Source: Candidatus Aenigmatarchaeota archaeon
GTDB taxonomy: Archaea; Aenigmatarchaeota; Aenigmatarchaeia; QMZP01
Direction of reading: 5' to 3'
DNA length: 64,000 bases
NCBI GenBank assembly: GCA_030670085.1
Contig: DAOVCJ010000001.1
Coordinates: 11,977-75,976 of the forward strand
Positions 51,671 to 61,710 of the stretch are shown piece by piece. The notes below the pieces were generated by a model. It did not search any database and was not told the origin of the DNA. It worked only from the letters and a program-made list of their open reading frames with translations. Within the stretch, counting starts at the first letter, position 1. The number at the start of each line of letters is the position of its first letter. Both the position numbers and the translations under genes were made by a program.

Positions 51671-54271
51671 TTACCCATTCTTTATCTTTGCTTGTGCGGC
51701 TGCAAGCCGTGCAATGGGAACCCTGAAGGGAGAGCATGAAACATAGTCCAGTCCAATCAAATGACAGAACTCTATGGATTCTTTCTCCCCACCATGCTCA
51801 CCGCAGATACCTATTTCTATTCTGGGATTCGCTTTCCTAGCAAGTTCTACACAGATTTTCATCAGGGAACCAACTCCATCCCTGTCCACTACCTGAAACG
51901 GATCCTTTTTCAAAACGCCCTTTTCAATGTACTTCGGTATAAATCTCCCTGCATCGTCCCTGGAAAAACCGTAAACAGTCTGCGTGAGATCATTTGTTCC
52001 GAATGAGAAGAAATCAAGCGTTTTTGCGAGTTTATCGGCTGTTACACATGCCCTTGGCAGCTCTATCATTGTCCCTATCTTGTACTTAATCTTAACCCTG
52101 TTTTTTTCCATCAATTTCTTCGCTGTATTTTCGATAACCTTCCTTAAAAAGACCCCTTCCTCAACATCGCTCAGGACCGGTATCTCTATCTCAGGCAGGG
52201 CGTCACCACCGCCTTTGTTAACCTCGATTGCAGCGCTTATTATTGCATCAGTCTGCATCTCCGTTATCTCTGGATAAATAACCCCCAACCTACATCCCCT
52301 GAAACCCAACATAGGATTAAACTCTTCCAGTGAACTGATCTTGTTCCTTAGAACCCCAAACTTCACTCCCATTTCTCTGGCCAATTTTCTTATTTCCTTA
52401 TTTTCTTTTGGTAGGAATTCATGAAGAGGCGGATCGAGCAACCTTATCGTTACCGGTAAGCCATTCATGGCCTTGAATATACCTATGAAATCCTTTTTCT
52501 GCATGGGCAGGAGTTTTGTAAGCGCCTTTCTCCTTCCTTCGCTATCCCCTGCAATTATCATCTCCCTCATTGCACGAATCCTTTCGCCTTCGAAGAACAT
52601 GTGTTCCGTCCTTGCCAAACCAATCCCCTCTGCTCCGAAGTCTCTCGCCCTCTTCGCATCCTTTGGTGCGTCAGCATTGGTTCTTACACCAAGCTTCCTG
52701 ATACCATCAGCCCATTTCATGAGGATTTGGAATTCCCCCTTCATCTCGGGATCAATCAGTGTAAACCTCCCAAGAAAAACCTCACCCGTTCCCCCATCAA
52801 GTGTTACCCAGTCCCCCTCCTTTATTCTCAAATTCTTAACCATGAAAATCCGCTTCTCTTCATCTATGTTGATGTCTCCACATCCCACAACGCAACACTT
52901 GCCCATACCCCTTCCAACAACAGCCGCATGGCTCGTCATACCGCCTCTTGCCGTGAGGATACCTTGGGACACTGCCATGCCCTGTATGTCTTCAGGTGAG
53001 GTTTCGTTCCTAACAAGAATAACCTTCTGTTTCTTGGAGAGCTCTTCAGCCCTCTCTGCTGAGAAGCATACGACTCCTACACCCGCTCCTGGAGAGGCTG
53101 GTAAACCCTTGGCTATAACCTTTGCTTTTCCCTTTTCCTTCGGGTCAATCTGCTTGTGAAGAAGCTGGTTTATCTGGTCTGGATCTATCCTCATTATTGC
53201 CTCTTCTTTCTTTATCAACTTCTCATTGACCATATCCACAGCTATCTTCACCGCAGCCTGTGCGGTTCTCTTACCTGTCCTTGTCTGGAGAACGAAGAGC
53301 CTTTTCTCCTCTATCGTGAACTCGAAGTCCTGCATGTCTCTGTAGTGCTTGTCAAGTATTTTGTAAACCTTCATCAGTTCTTGGTAAACCACTGGAGCGT
53401 CTTTTTTCAAATCTTCTATGTTTTTTGGTGTTCTTATTCCAGCAACCACGTCCTCTCCCTGGGCATTCATTAGATACTCACCATAGGGTTTGTTCTCACC
53501 TGTTGAGGGGTTTCTTGTGAACCCTACCCCGGTCCCGGAATCCCATCCAAGGTTTCCAAAGACCATCACCTGAACATTGACAGCGGTTCCCATATCACCC
53601 GGTATTCCATGGAGTTTTCTGTAGATTTTCGCCCGTTTGTTGTTCCAGGAATTGAAAACAGCATCTATCGTCATCTTCAATTGCTCTCTTGGATATTCTG
53701 GGAATTTTTTCCCACCCCTCTTTATGAGTTTTTTGTGATCATTAACAATCTTCTTTAACTCTTCAACATTCAGATCAGTATCATTCCTACCCTTTTTGTA
53801 CCCCTCAAGGATTTTTTCGAATTTTGAATGCTCCACACCTAGGACAACGTCACCAAACATCTGTACGAACCTTCTGCAGGAATCCCATACAAACCTCGGG
53901 TCTCCGCTCTGCTTCTCAAGACCGTTTATTGTTTTATCGTTAAGACCAATGTTCAATACACTATCCATCATCCCTGGCATTGAGACAGGGGCGCCTGATC
54001 TTACAGACAAAAACAGGGGGTTCTTCTCATCCCCGAGCCTCTTCCCCATCTTTTTTTCAAGCTTTCTGAGATTCGAATCAATCTCTTTCTCCAGACCCCT
54101 TGGGTATTTCTTCTCCTTCAGAAAATCCATGCAGACCTGGGTGGAGATTGTAAAACCAGGGGGCACAGGTAAACCCATCTTTGTCATCTCACCCAGGTTT
54201 GATCCCTTTCCTCCTAAAAGTGGTTTGCTTTCTTTTCCCTTCTCTCCGAAAAAATAAACCATTTTGCCCAT
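51671..54271 (-). CDS. ppdK: Pyruvate, phosphate dikinase
   Basis: Contains LLGGKGSNLGEMTKMGLPVPPGFTIST, the phosphohistidine region GGMTSHAAVVGRGMGK, and the PEP-utilising TIM-barrel motifs GICGEHGG. Confidence 0.95.
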   Translation of the reverse strand: MGKMVYFFGEKGKESKPLLGGKGSNLGEMTKMGLPVPPGFTISTQVCMDFLKEKKYPRGLEKEIDSNLRKLEKKMGKRLGDEKNPLFLSVRSGAPVSMPGMMDSVLNIGLNDKTINGLEKQSGDPRFVWDSCRRFVQMFGDVVLGVEHSKFEKILEGYKKGRNDTDLNVEELKKIVNDHKKLIKRGGKKFPEYPREQLKMTIDAVFNSWNNKRAKIYRKLHGIPGDMGTAVNVQVMVFGNLGWDSGTGVGFTRNPSTGENKPYGEYLMNAQGEDVVAGIRTPKNIEDLKKDAPVVYQELMKVYKILDKHYRDMQDFEFTIEEKRLFVLQTRTGKRTAQAAVKIAVDMVNEKLIKKEEAIMRIDPDQINQLLHKQIDPKEKGKAKVIAKGLPASPGAGVGVVCFSAERAEELSKKQKVILVRNETSPEDIQGMAVSQGILTARGGMTSHAAVVGRGMGKCCVVGCGDINIDEEKRIFMVKNLRIKEGDWVTLDGGTGEVFLGRFTLIDPEMKGEFQILMKWADGIRKLGVRTNADAPKDAKRARDFGAEGIGLARTEHMFFEGERIRAMREMIIAGDSEGRRKALTKLLPMQKKDFIGIFKAMNGLPVTIRLLDPPLHEFLPKENKEIRKLAREMGVKFGVLRNKISSLEEFNPMLGFRGCRLGVIYPEITEMQTDAIISAAIEVNKGGGDALPEIEIPVLSDVEEGVFLRKVIENTAKKLMEKNRVKIKYKIGTMIELPRACVTADKLAKTLDFFSFGTNDLTQTVYGFSRDDAGRFIPKYIEKGVLKKDPFQVVDRDGVGSLMKICVELARKANPRIEIGICGEHGGEKESIEFCHLIGLDYVSCSPFRVPIARLAAAQAKIKNG

Positions 54272-54342
54272 TATTGAGATAAGTGTGACTGGTCCTTTAT
54301 AAAAGTTGCAGTATACAACACGTGCAAAAGAAGATTCCTTGT

Positions 54343-55344
54343 CTACGCTTCCTCTTCCTCTCTGACCCTTTCCTCAACCTCGTCCTTTATTCCAAGGGTC
54401 TCTACCATTTCTTTGTACCGGTTCCTTATCGTAACCTCTGTAACACCAATCGCATCAGCGACCTCTCTCTGCGTCTTCTTCTCCCCTTCCAGAACAGCAG
54501 CAATGTACAGGGCAGCTGCAGCGACCCCTATCGGTCCCTTACCAGAGGTTACATCATATTTCACAGCCTCATCCAAAACATCAACTGCGCGGACCTGAAC
54601 CTTCTCAGAAAGACCGAGCAAAGAACCAAATCTTGGAACATAATCCTGCGCCTTTGCTGGAAGAATCCTTATGTTGAGTTTCCTGGATATGTATCTATAC
54701 GTCTTGCCTATATCCCTCCTGCCGATTCCCGAAGCCTTTGATATTTCATCCAACGTCCTCGGAGCTCCCTCCTCTCTGCATGTGGTGTAAAGGAGAGCAG
54801 CTATGATGGATTCGGTTGACCTTCCTCTTACAAGACCCTTCTCAACAGCATGCTGGTAAAGCTTCGCGACCCTCTCATGAACAGCCCGGGAAAGGTGAAG
54901 ATAAGAAATCAATCTCTGCAGTTCTGAGAAAGCAAACGAGAGGTTCCTGTCCTTTGATTTTATAAGCCTCTTATGCCATTTGGTTAGTCTGTAATACTGG
55001 GCTCTCTTCTTTGAGGCAACCTTGAAAAGCTCTCCACGACCCTTTCCAATTTCCGTGGTTATGCCTTCATCATGTTTCGTTGGCGTCAGGGCAGCTCCTG
55101 TTCTGACCCTTCTTGATCTCTGGTCCTCATCAAAGGCTCGCCATTCCTGAGTCAGGTCAATCATGGATTCCCCTATAACAGTGCCACAGTTCTCACAAAC
55201 AGACTCTCCCCTGCCATGGTCAAACTTTATGTGCGTTGATCCGCATTCAGGACATGTTTGTCCACGAGCAGTCTTTACAGTCTTAGTTTTCTCAAGAATT
55301 TTCCTCTTCTTCTCAGGCATTTTCTCCCTTTTTTTACCAACCAT
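54343..55344 (-). CDS. tfb: Transcription initiation factor B (TFIIB homolog)
   Basis: The N-terminal Zn ribbon is CPECGS...CENCG. Two cyclin-like repeats follow (GRSTESIIAALLYTTCR..., GKGPIGVAAAALYIA). Confidence 0.95.
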   Translation of the reverse strand: MVGKKREKMPEKKRKILEKTKTVKTARGQTCPECGSTHIKFDHGRGESVCENCGTVIGESMIDLTQEWRAFDEDQRSRRVRTGAALTPTKHDEGITTEIGKGRGELFKVASKKRAQYYRLTKWHKRLIKSKDRNLSFAFSELQRLISYLHLSRAVHERVAKLYQHAVEKGLVRGRSTESIIAALLYTTCREEGAPRTLDEISKASGIGRRDIGKTYRYISRKLNIRILPAKAQDYVPRFGSLLGLSEKVQVRAVDVLDEAVKYDVTSGKGPIGVAAAALYIAAVLEGEKKTQREVADAIGVTEVTIRNRYKEMVETLGIKDEVEERVREEEEA

Positions 55345-55471
55345 ATTTGTTACCCCTTTACAGTGACATTACGAAAGAGCAATAATATATATAAAAATTA
55401 CCCCTTTATAAAGATTTCGCTACTCAAGTATGTATATTTATAAATAAATTCACTATTTCGTGGTGAAAAAA

Positions 55472-57001
55472 TCAGAAATCATTGATTTCGTACTGTTCCC
55501 CCTTCTTCATTCCATACAGGGTTCTGTGCATTGATTTTTCCTTATACCTCGCTGACCAGTAATAAGCTTCGTCCCTTGTTCCCTTGGTTATAAGAAGAAC
55601 GATTCTTCCTATTTTCTGTCTACCGACTCTCCCTCTCCTCTGTATGGATCTTATTCCAGAGGGAACGGGTTCATAGAAAACAGCCAAGTCCATCTCAGGT
55701 ATGTCCAGTCCTTCCTCACCAATAGATGTGCATACCAGAACATTGTATTTACCCTCTCTGAAATTTCTGAGCCTTTCATTCTGCTCCTTCTGGGTAATAC
55801 CCTCTCTCTGCCCAACGAACTCAACCGGCCTCGCGTTCTCTACATTTCCCAGGGAATTTACTATTTCCTTTACGGATTCCCTGTAGTTTGCAAAAACTAT
55901 TATCTTTGAATCTGGTTTTTCCCTGAGCTGCTGGTTCACTATAGAGCAAAGCTTTCCAATCTTCGGATGTTTTGAACCCTGCTCAAAAAGTGAATGTGTC
56001 AGCCACATGGCATTGGATACATTCTTGTTTTTTACCAGTCTTTCGTTTGACTTGGATTTTCCGTCCCTGAGTTTTTTCCAGTATTTCTCCAGAACCCTGA
56101 TACCCTGGGTTTCCAGAAGAGTCAGGACATACTCGAGCTTTATTGCCTGGGTCACAAAGCTCATTCCCAGTATAGCTTTCTTGTCACCTTCCTTGATTCC
56201 CTGATAGAGTCTGGACTGGAGGGATAGGAGATCCTTTTTGTATACCCTTCTGCTTCTGAGAAATCCGAATTTTTTCAATGTGTTCAGCTTCTTGGTATAC
56301 TCCTCATTAACGATACTCCTTATCTTCTTGAACGATTCAGGGAGTTCCACGTAAATCCACCGTGTCTCTTTTTTCTTTACCCATGGTGTTACATCCTCAT
56401 CTATCTCTGTCCTGACCTCCACTGCCTCTATCCCTATGTTCTTGCATATCTCCTTTATCTTTTCTCTCGTCCCTCCAGGAGAAGCCGTCAGACCGAGAAT
56501 CCTCTGGTGCTCTGCTGATTCCTTGTATTTCTTCGCAATGTATGGATAAGCATACTCCCCTACAGCATGGTGGGTCTCATCCAGGACGAGCAGGGAGAAA
56601 TCCTTCAGGGACAGTCTCTTCTCTATCAGATCGTTCTTTATGGTCTGCGGTGTTGCAAAGATTATCTGTTTTTCCTTGTATATCTCACCCCTCAGCTCTG
56701 GCTTTATCATTCCAGTCAGGATAGCGAACCTTTCCTTTTCGATGTTCACTGTCTTGAGAAAGAACTCATGGTGCTGATTGACAAGAGGTCTTGTGGGTGC
56801 AAGAACCAGAATCTTTGACTCCGGATACTCTTCAAGCCTTTTCACAGCTAGCAAAACCGATACCGGGGTCTTCCCCAGACCAGTTGGCAGGACACAGAGC
56901 GTATTTTTCTTCATTGCCGTTGCAAGGATATTCGCCTGATACGCTCTTGCTTGTATCGTATTTTCTTTAATCAACCTATGTTTTACAAAATCTTGTGCCA
57001 T
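55472..57001 (-). CDS. Hef/FANCM/Mph1-type SF2 helicase (no nuclease domain)
   Basis: Contains ARAYQ..., LPTGLGKT, LVLDETHH, LGLTASPG and QRRGRVGR. The start is taken at MAQDF (57001). Confidence 0.8.
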   Translation of the reverse strand: MAQDFVKHRLIKENTIQARAYQANILATAMKKNTLCVLPTGLGKTPVSVLLAVKRLEEYPESKILVLAPTRPLVNQHHEFFLKTVNIEKERFAILTGMIKPELRGEIYKEKQIIFATPQTIKNDLIEKRLSLKDFSLLVLDETHHAVGEYAYPYIAKKYKESAEHQRILGLTASPGGTREKIKEICKNIGIEAVEVRTEIDEDVTPWVKKKETRWIYVELPESFKKIRSIVNEEYTKKLNTLKKFGFLRSRRVYKKDLLSLQSRLYQGIKEGDKKAILGMSFVTQAIKLEYVLTLLETQGIRVLEKYWKKLRDGKSKSNERLVKNKNVSNAMWLTHSLFEQGSKHPKIGKLCSIVNQQLREKPDSKIIVFANYRESVKEIVNSLGNVENARPVEFVGQREGITQKEQNERLRNFREGKYNVLVCTSIGEEGLDIPEMDLAVFYEPVPSGIRSIQRRGRVGRQKIGRIVLLITKGTRDEAYYWSARYKEKSMHRTLYGMKKGEQYEINDF

Positions 57002-57036
57002 AATTTTATAATGAATGAAATGCAATTAATTAATAT

Positions 57037-57381
57037 ATGAAGAAAAAGTTCGTTGGCCTCGTTGAGAAGGTAGAGGTAATAGGACAGAAAAAAGTCGAGA
57101 CCCTGGCGTTATGTGATTCAGGAGCAAAGAATACATCCATCGATATAGGACTGGCTGCCAAGGCAAGGCTGGGACCTATAATCAAGACAACCAAAATAAA
57201 ATCCGCATCAGTAAGCAGGCAGATCAGGAGACCCGTTGTTAAGGCAAAGATAAGAATAAAAGGAAGAACCTTCAACACTGAGGTCAACGTCCAGGACCGC
57301 TCACACATGACCTTTCCTGTTATAATCGGAAGGAACATCCTATCCGGGAACTTCATAATAGACACGAAGAAGGGTGTTTGA
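57037..57381 (+). CDS. Retropepsin-like aspartic peptidase domain protein (DUF785, the 'ATP-dependent zinc protease' family often linked to RimK)
   Basis: ALCDSGAKNTSID carries the D-S/T-G-A motif, and FPVIIGRNIL is also present. The size of about 114 aa fits. Confidence 0.55.
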   Translation: MKKKFVGLVEKVEVIGQKKVETLALCDSGAKNTSIDIGLAAKARLGPIIKTTKIKSASVSRQIRRPVVKAKIRIKGRTFNTEVNVQDRSHMTFPVIIGRNILSGNFIIDTKKGV

Positions 57382-57454
57382 GAGATTGCTATTAAAGCTT
57401 TTTATTGAAAGAGTTCAAATAATATAGATATATTTTGTTGACAAAAGGATTTCT

Positions 57455-58063
57455 ATGTCGGAATTTCACATAAAGGTTGAGAACGTCGTGGCTTTTACTG
57501 CCTTGGGTAAAGACATATCCCTGACAGAGCTCGTTGAGAAGATTGAGGACGTGGAGTACGAACCAGAACAGTTCCCAGGCCTTGTTTACAGGATAAAGGA
57601 CCCCAGAGCAGCTGCCCTTATATTCTCTTCGGGTAAGATAGTCTGCACAGGAGCAAGGAGCATCGAAATGTCCAAGGAGGCGATGCACAAGATTGTGGAC
57701 AGGCTGAGAAAAGCAGGAATAAATCTTCCCAAAACATTCAAGATAAAGATAGAGAACATAGTTGCCTCATCAAAGATAAAGGCAAAGCTCAATCTGGAGG
57801 AGATCGCTTTTGCCCTTGAAGACGCGGAGTACGAGCCAGAACAGTTCCCAGGTCTTGTTTACAGAATCAGAGAACCAAGGGTAGCCTTCCTTCTCTTTTC
57901 TTCAGGAAAGATAATATGCACAGGAGCGCATGAAATAGAGGATATTCACACTGCCTTAAAAAAGCTCAAGAAAAAACTCGAGAGCATCGGGATAAAGGTC
58001 ACACCTGTCGCAGATGATAAACCCAGTGACAAGGTAGATAAGCCAAAAACAGCTGCGAAATAA
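57455..58063 (+). CDS. tbp: TATA-box binding protein
   Basis: A direct internal repeat is present: VEYEPEQFPGLVYRIKDPRAAALIFSSGKIVCTGA and AEYEPEQFPGLVYRIREPRVAFLLFSSGKIICTGA. Confidence 0.95.
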   Translation: MSEFHIKVENVVAFTALGKDISLTELVEKIEDVEYEPEQFPGLVYRIKDPRAAALIFSSGKIVCTGARSIEMSKEAMHKIVDRLRKAGINLPKTFKIKIENIVASSKIKAKLNLEEIAFALEDAEYEPEQFPGLVYRIREPRVAFLLFSSGKIICTGAHEIEDIHTALKKLKKKLESIGIKVTPVADDKPSDKVDKPKTAAK

Positions 58064-58076
58064 TACATGTAATGCT

Positions 58077-58268
58077 CTATTTTTTTCTGTTTCCCTTACC
58101 AAGCATGCCTTTCCACTGCCATGCGAATCTCTTTATCCTTTTTGATTTTCCAAATCCGCACGCAGAACAAATTTTCTTTCTGACATGATACGCCCTTTTT
58201 CCGCATCGCCTGCAGGCTATGTGGGTCTTCTTGTTCCTCTTTCCCATACTGGGCGTTCCCTTTGTCAT
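58077..58268 (-). CDS. rpl37e: 50S ribosomal protein L37e
   Basis: [40 protein letters not shown] carries the zinc ribbon. Confidence 0.95.
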   Translation of the reverse strand: MTKGTPSMGKRNKKTHIACRRCGKRAYHVRKKICSACGFGKSKRIKRFAWQWKGMLGKGNRKK

Positions 58269-58332
58269 ATAATCACTATCTTATCAGATGTATATATAAA
58301 TAATTCACACTTCTACAGGCCAAAAACAGAAT

Positions 58333-58548
58333 TCATTTCTCCGGTGATACGTAGACAATCGAGTCGCCACGGATCAGAACCTTACCGAGCTTTAACTCTT
58401 TCTCACCCTCTATGGTTGCCTCATCGAGCCATATGTTTATGTGGGAATCAAACGCTTTTAGGATTCCGACTATGTTGTCTCCGGATTTTGTCCTTATTAT
58501 TATCTTCTTGTCTGTTGAAGACCCCAAAACATCAAGTGGTCTTTGCAT
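58333..58548 (-). CDS. Sm-like archaeal protein (LSm)
   Basis: The Sm1/Sm2 motifs are RPLDVL...IIIRTKSGDNIVGILKAFDSHINIWLDEA...VLIRGDSIVYV. The conserved archaeal LSm-L37e gene pair is present. Confidence 0.9.
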   Translation of the reverse strand: MQRPLDVLGSSTDKKIIIRTKSGDNIVGILKAFDSHINIWLDEATIEGEKELKLGKVLIRGDSIVYVSPEK

Positions 58549-58608
58549 GAAATCACTTGAATATATTAATGCAGGGAACCTATTTAAAGATTCTTACAGA
58601 TTTTGTTT

Positions 58609-59691
58609 TTATTTTCCCTTATGTAGGTAAACCTTTCTGATTGGCCAAGCAATCTCTATCTTCTCCTTGTCATACCTCTTCTTAAGCTCTTTCATGAATT
58701 CGTGCTTGACAAAGAACTGGTCAGCATAGCGCTTGGCCCTCATTATAACCTTGAAGTTTATGTTCGAATCCCCGAATTCCTGATACCTCATAATGGACTT
58801 GAAACCCTCTGGTGCAACATCCAATCGCTTTAGCACCTTATCAGCCACGTCAAGGGTGACCTTCTCGACCCTTTCAAGGTCCTCTCCATACCCTACACCA
58901 CACGCCACTGTAAAACCTATCTCCTCCTTGGGGGAGTAGTAGTTTATTATCTTGCTGCTGGACAGCTTGGAATTCGGTATCACCACCATGTTGTTCTTGT
59001 AGTTCCTTATCTTGGTGCTCCTCCATCCAATATCAACCACGGTTCCCTTGTCTCCTGAGTCCAGCTCTATATAATCCCCTATCTTTATTGGCCTGTCCAG
59101 GATTATGTGAGCCCCTGCGAAAAACTCAGAGAGCGTATCTTGGAGAGCGAGTGCGAGTGCGAGGCCCCCAATACCCATTGCGGCCACAAGCGTTGTTATT
59201 TCAACCCCCATCTGACCCAGAAGCCAGAGAATTATAATAATCCCGACAACACCGTATGCAACCTTCTTGAATATGGGCAGGAACTGCTCATCTGCCTTGG
59301 TTTTTGTCTTCTCAGCCATCTCTATGGCATACCAGCTTATGATAGCGTTTATTATCCTCACTGCAAACCAGCCAACAAAAGCAGCGTATATGACAGTGAA
59401 TGCAAAGGTTATTTCATTTGCATACACTGACAGAACCGAAAGCATACCCACGGACATGTGGATACCAACCAGGAATATGCCTAGGAATATCGGCTTAGTG
59501 ATTGCCCCAAGCAAAAGGTCATCAAGCACGGTCTTGGTCTTTGCTGTAATGTGAAGAACGGATTTCTTTATTATGAAGTTCACGATCTTTGCTATTATCA
59601 GAGACAGAATAAGGATTATTATCACTGCCACATATTCTGTATATATCCCGGAGTAGGGCACCAGGAATTCAAACATAGTTTTAAATATCAA
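58609..59691 (-). CDS. Small-conductance mechanosensitive channel MscS
   Basis: TM helices precede RPIKIGDYIELDSGDKGTVVDIGWRSTKIRNYKNNMVVIPNSKL and the C-terminal alpha/beta domain. Confidence 0.85.
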   Translation of the reverse strand: MIFKTMFEFLVPYSGIYTEYVAVIIILILSLIIAKIVNFIIKKSVLHITAKTKTVLDDLLLGAITKPIFLGIFLVGIHMSVGMLSVLSVYANEITFAFTVIYAAFVGWFAVRIINAIISWYAIEMAEKTKTKADEQFLPIFKKVAYGVVGIIIILWLLGQMGVEITTLVAAMGIGGLALALALQDTLSEFFAGAHIILDRPIKIGDYIELDSGDKGTVVDIGWRSTKIRNYKNNMVVIPNSKLSSSKIINYYSPKEEIGFTVACGVGYGEDLERVEKVTLDVADKVLKRLDVAPEGFKSIMRYQEFGDSNINFKVIMRAKRYADQFFVKHEFMKELKKRYDKEKIEIAWPIRKVYLHKGK

Positions 59692-59772
59692 TTTCGCTAT
59701 TTAAAAGTTTGAGGCTCGAATGAAATTTATAAACCCATAAGTTCATACTTATCAAATATCCTAGGTGGAAGC

Positions 59773-60165
59773 ATGGGAACGACATGGCATCTTAGGTCCA
59801 AGAGAAAACCAACCGGAGGAAGGCTGGACAGGATAAGGAAGAAGAAAAAAAGTGACAGAGGTACCAGGTTCCTCGAGACAAGGATAGATAAAAGAAAAAC
59901 GAAATTATGCAAGGTTAGGGGCGGCAAGATTAAGGCAAAGCTTCTTTCTGCTGATTATGTCAATATTTCTAGCCCGGAAACCAGCAAGATGAGAAGGGCC
60001 AAGATAATTTCTGTAAAGGACAACGCCGCGAATCCCCACTATATAAGAAGAAACATCCTTACAAAAGGAGCGATAATAGAGACAGAGATCGGGCTGGCGA
60101 GGGTTACATCAAGACCCGGTCAGGACGGGATTATAAATGCAGTTCTGGTGGAGGAGAAAAAGTAA
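59773..60165 (+). CDS. rps8e: 30S ribosomal protein S8e
   Basis: MGTTWHLRSKRKPTGGR... is the typical S8e N-terminus. Confidence 0.95.
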   Translation: MGTTWHLRSKRKPTGGRLDRIRKKKKSDRGTRFLETRIDKRKTKLCKVRGGKIKAKLLSADYVNISSPETSKMRRAKIISVKDNAANPHYIRRNILTKGAIIETEIGLARVTSRPGQDGIINAVLVEEKK

Positions 60166-60203
60166 TTCACTCACTATTTTGCTGTTAATACCCTATAAAT
60201 ATT

Positions 60204-61298
60204 TTACATTTTTTCCAAGACCCTTTCCTTTGCGATTTCCAGTGCGGCATCCCTGGGTTTTATCTTCTTCTCCTCTGACCTCTCCAGAATCAACTTCGTA
60301 TTCTCTGTTATCTTTTTCTTGACCATCTCAAACATCTCTTTTTCTGTCCCACCTCTGTATTCCATGTAAGAGGATATCACACCACCCGCGTTTGCAACGA
60401 AGTCAGGAACAACCAGCACGCCTTTCTTGTGCAGAACCTCTTCCAGTTCAGGCGTCATTGGGATGTTTGAACCCTCTACTATGAGTTTTGCTTTTATCTT
60501 GTTAACATCACCTGACTGAATCAGATCAGGAATTGCAGCAGGCACAAGGATATCAACAGGAAGATCGATTATCTTTGAACAGGGAAACGGCTTTCCTGGT
60601 TTGTAGTTAACCACAGAACCTGTTTCTTTTTTCACCTTGGATAATTTTTCAAAGTCAAGTCCATCATCGTTATATATTGCACCCTTGGAATCTGATACAG
60701 CAACCACTTTTGCATTGTCATGCTCTTTCAGGAATTTGGCAACAAAACTACCAACGTTTCCGAAACCCTCTATACCTATCTTGGCAGAGCTAAGTTCAAG
60801 CCCAACCCTTTCAGCTGCGACGTGCATGGCACGGTGCACACCGAATCCAGTGGACCCGAGCTCATGGGGCAGACCACCCATTTCCTTTGGCTTCCCTGTA
60901 CAGGCCTTCATAGAACCGTTTGTCTCTGCAAAAACCCTCATCTCCTCTTGCGCCATGTTCATGTCAGGCCCAGCCACATATATACTTGGGCATATCTCCT
61001 TCAGTGCCTTGGAAAACGACCTGACAATCTTAAGTTTCTCCTCTTTTGAAATCTTTTTGTCATCAGCAACTATTCCTGATTTTGCTCCACCGAAAGGGAT
61101 CCCTGCCAACGCGTTTTTCCATGTCATGGTTCTTGCTAAAAGGGCGACCTCGTTCTTCGTGACAGATGGTGTCATTCTTATACCCCCTTTACTAACTCCA
61201 AGCGCTGTATTATCGATTACAACAATACCACGCATACCAACCTTTGGATCGTAAACCCTCATAACCTTCTCTGGTCCGAAATTATCGTACTCTGTCAT
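60204..61298 (-). CDS. Glu/Leu/Phe/Val dehydrogenase family enzyme (glutamate dehydrogenase-like, short form)
   Basis: GGIRMTP...MTWKNALAGIPFGGAKSGI carries the catalytic Lys motif. The Rossmann motif is GFGNVGS. Confidence 0.85.
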   Translation of the reverse strand: MTEYDNFGPEKVMRVYDPKVGMRGIVVIDNTALGVSKGGIRMTPSVTKNEVALLARTMTWKNALAGIPFGGAKSGIVADDKKISKEEKLKIVRSFSKALKEICPSIYVAGPDMNMAQEEMRVFAETNGSMKACTGKPKEMGGLPHELGSTGFGVHRAMHVAAERVGLELSSAKIGIEGFGNVGSFVAKFLKEHDNAKVVAVSDSKGAIYNDDGLDFEKLSKVKKETGSVVNYKPGKPFPCSKIIDLPVDILVPAAIPDLIQSGDVNKIKAKLIVEGSNIPMTPELEEVLHKKGVLVVPDFVANAGGVISSYMEYRGGTEKEMFEMVKKKITENTKLILERSEEKKIKPRDAALEIAKERVLEKM

Positions 61299-61302
61299 AA
61301 CA

Positions 61303-61710
61303 TCACCTCTTTTTATTTTTCCTGTAATCTTCTATGCTGTTTCTTAAAGCATCTACTGCCAGCACACTGCAGTGATATTTTATTGGGGGAAGCCCGTCAA
61401 GTTTTTTGACGATCTGATCTTTTGTAATACTCAATGCGTATTTTATTGTTTTACCCTTAACCATCTCTGTTAATATCGAAGATGAGCTCACAGCAGCCAC
61501 GCAACCGAACGTTTCAACCTTTATATCTTTTATAATCTCTTCTTTTTGTTTATTCTTCCCTACCCTTATGTAAAGCCACATCACATCCCCGCAGATAGGA
61601 TTTCCAATCTTTCCGACTCCGTCCGGGTTTTTCATCCCACCCATGTTCTTGGGATGCTGGAACAGCTCCATGACCTTCTTTGAGTACATACTCTCACTCT
61701 CTTTCACCAC
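61303..61710 (-). CDS. iscU: Fe-S cluster scaffold IscU/NifU N-terminal-type
   Basis: GNPICGDVM...FGCVAAVSSS...KYHCSVLAVDAL contains the three ligand cysteines. Confidence 0.85.
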   Translation of the reverse strand: MVKESESMYSKKVMELFQHPKNMGGMKNPDGVGKIGNPICGDVMWLYIRVGKNKQKEEIIKDIKVETFGCVAAVSSSSILTEMVKGKTIKYALSITKDQIVKKLDGLPPIKYHCSVLAVDALRNSIEDYRKNKKR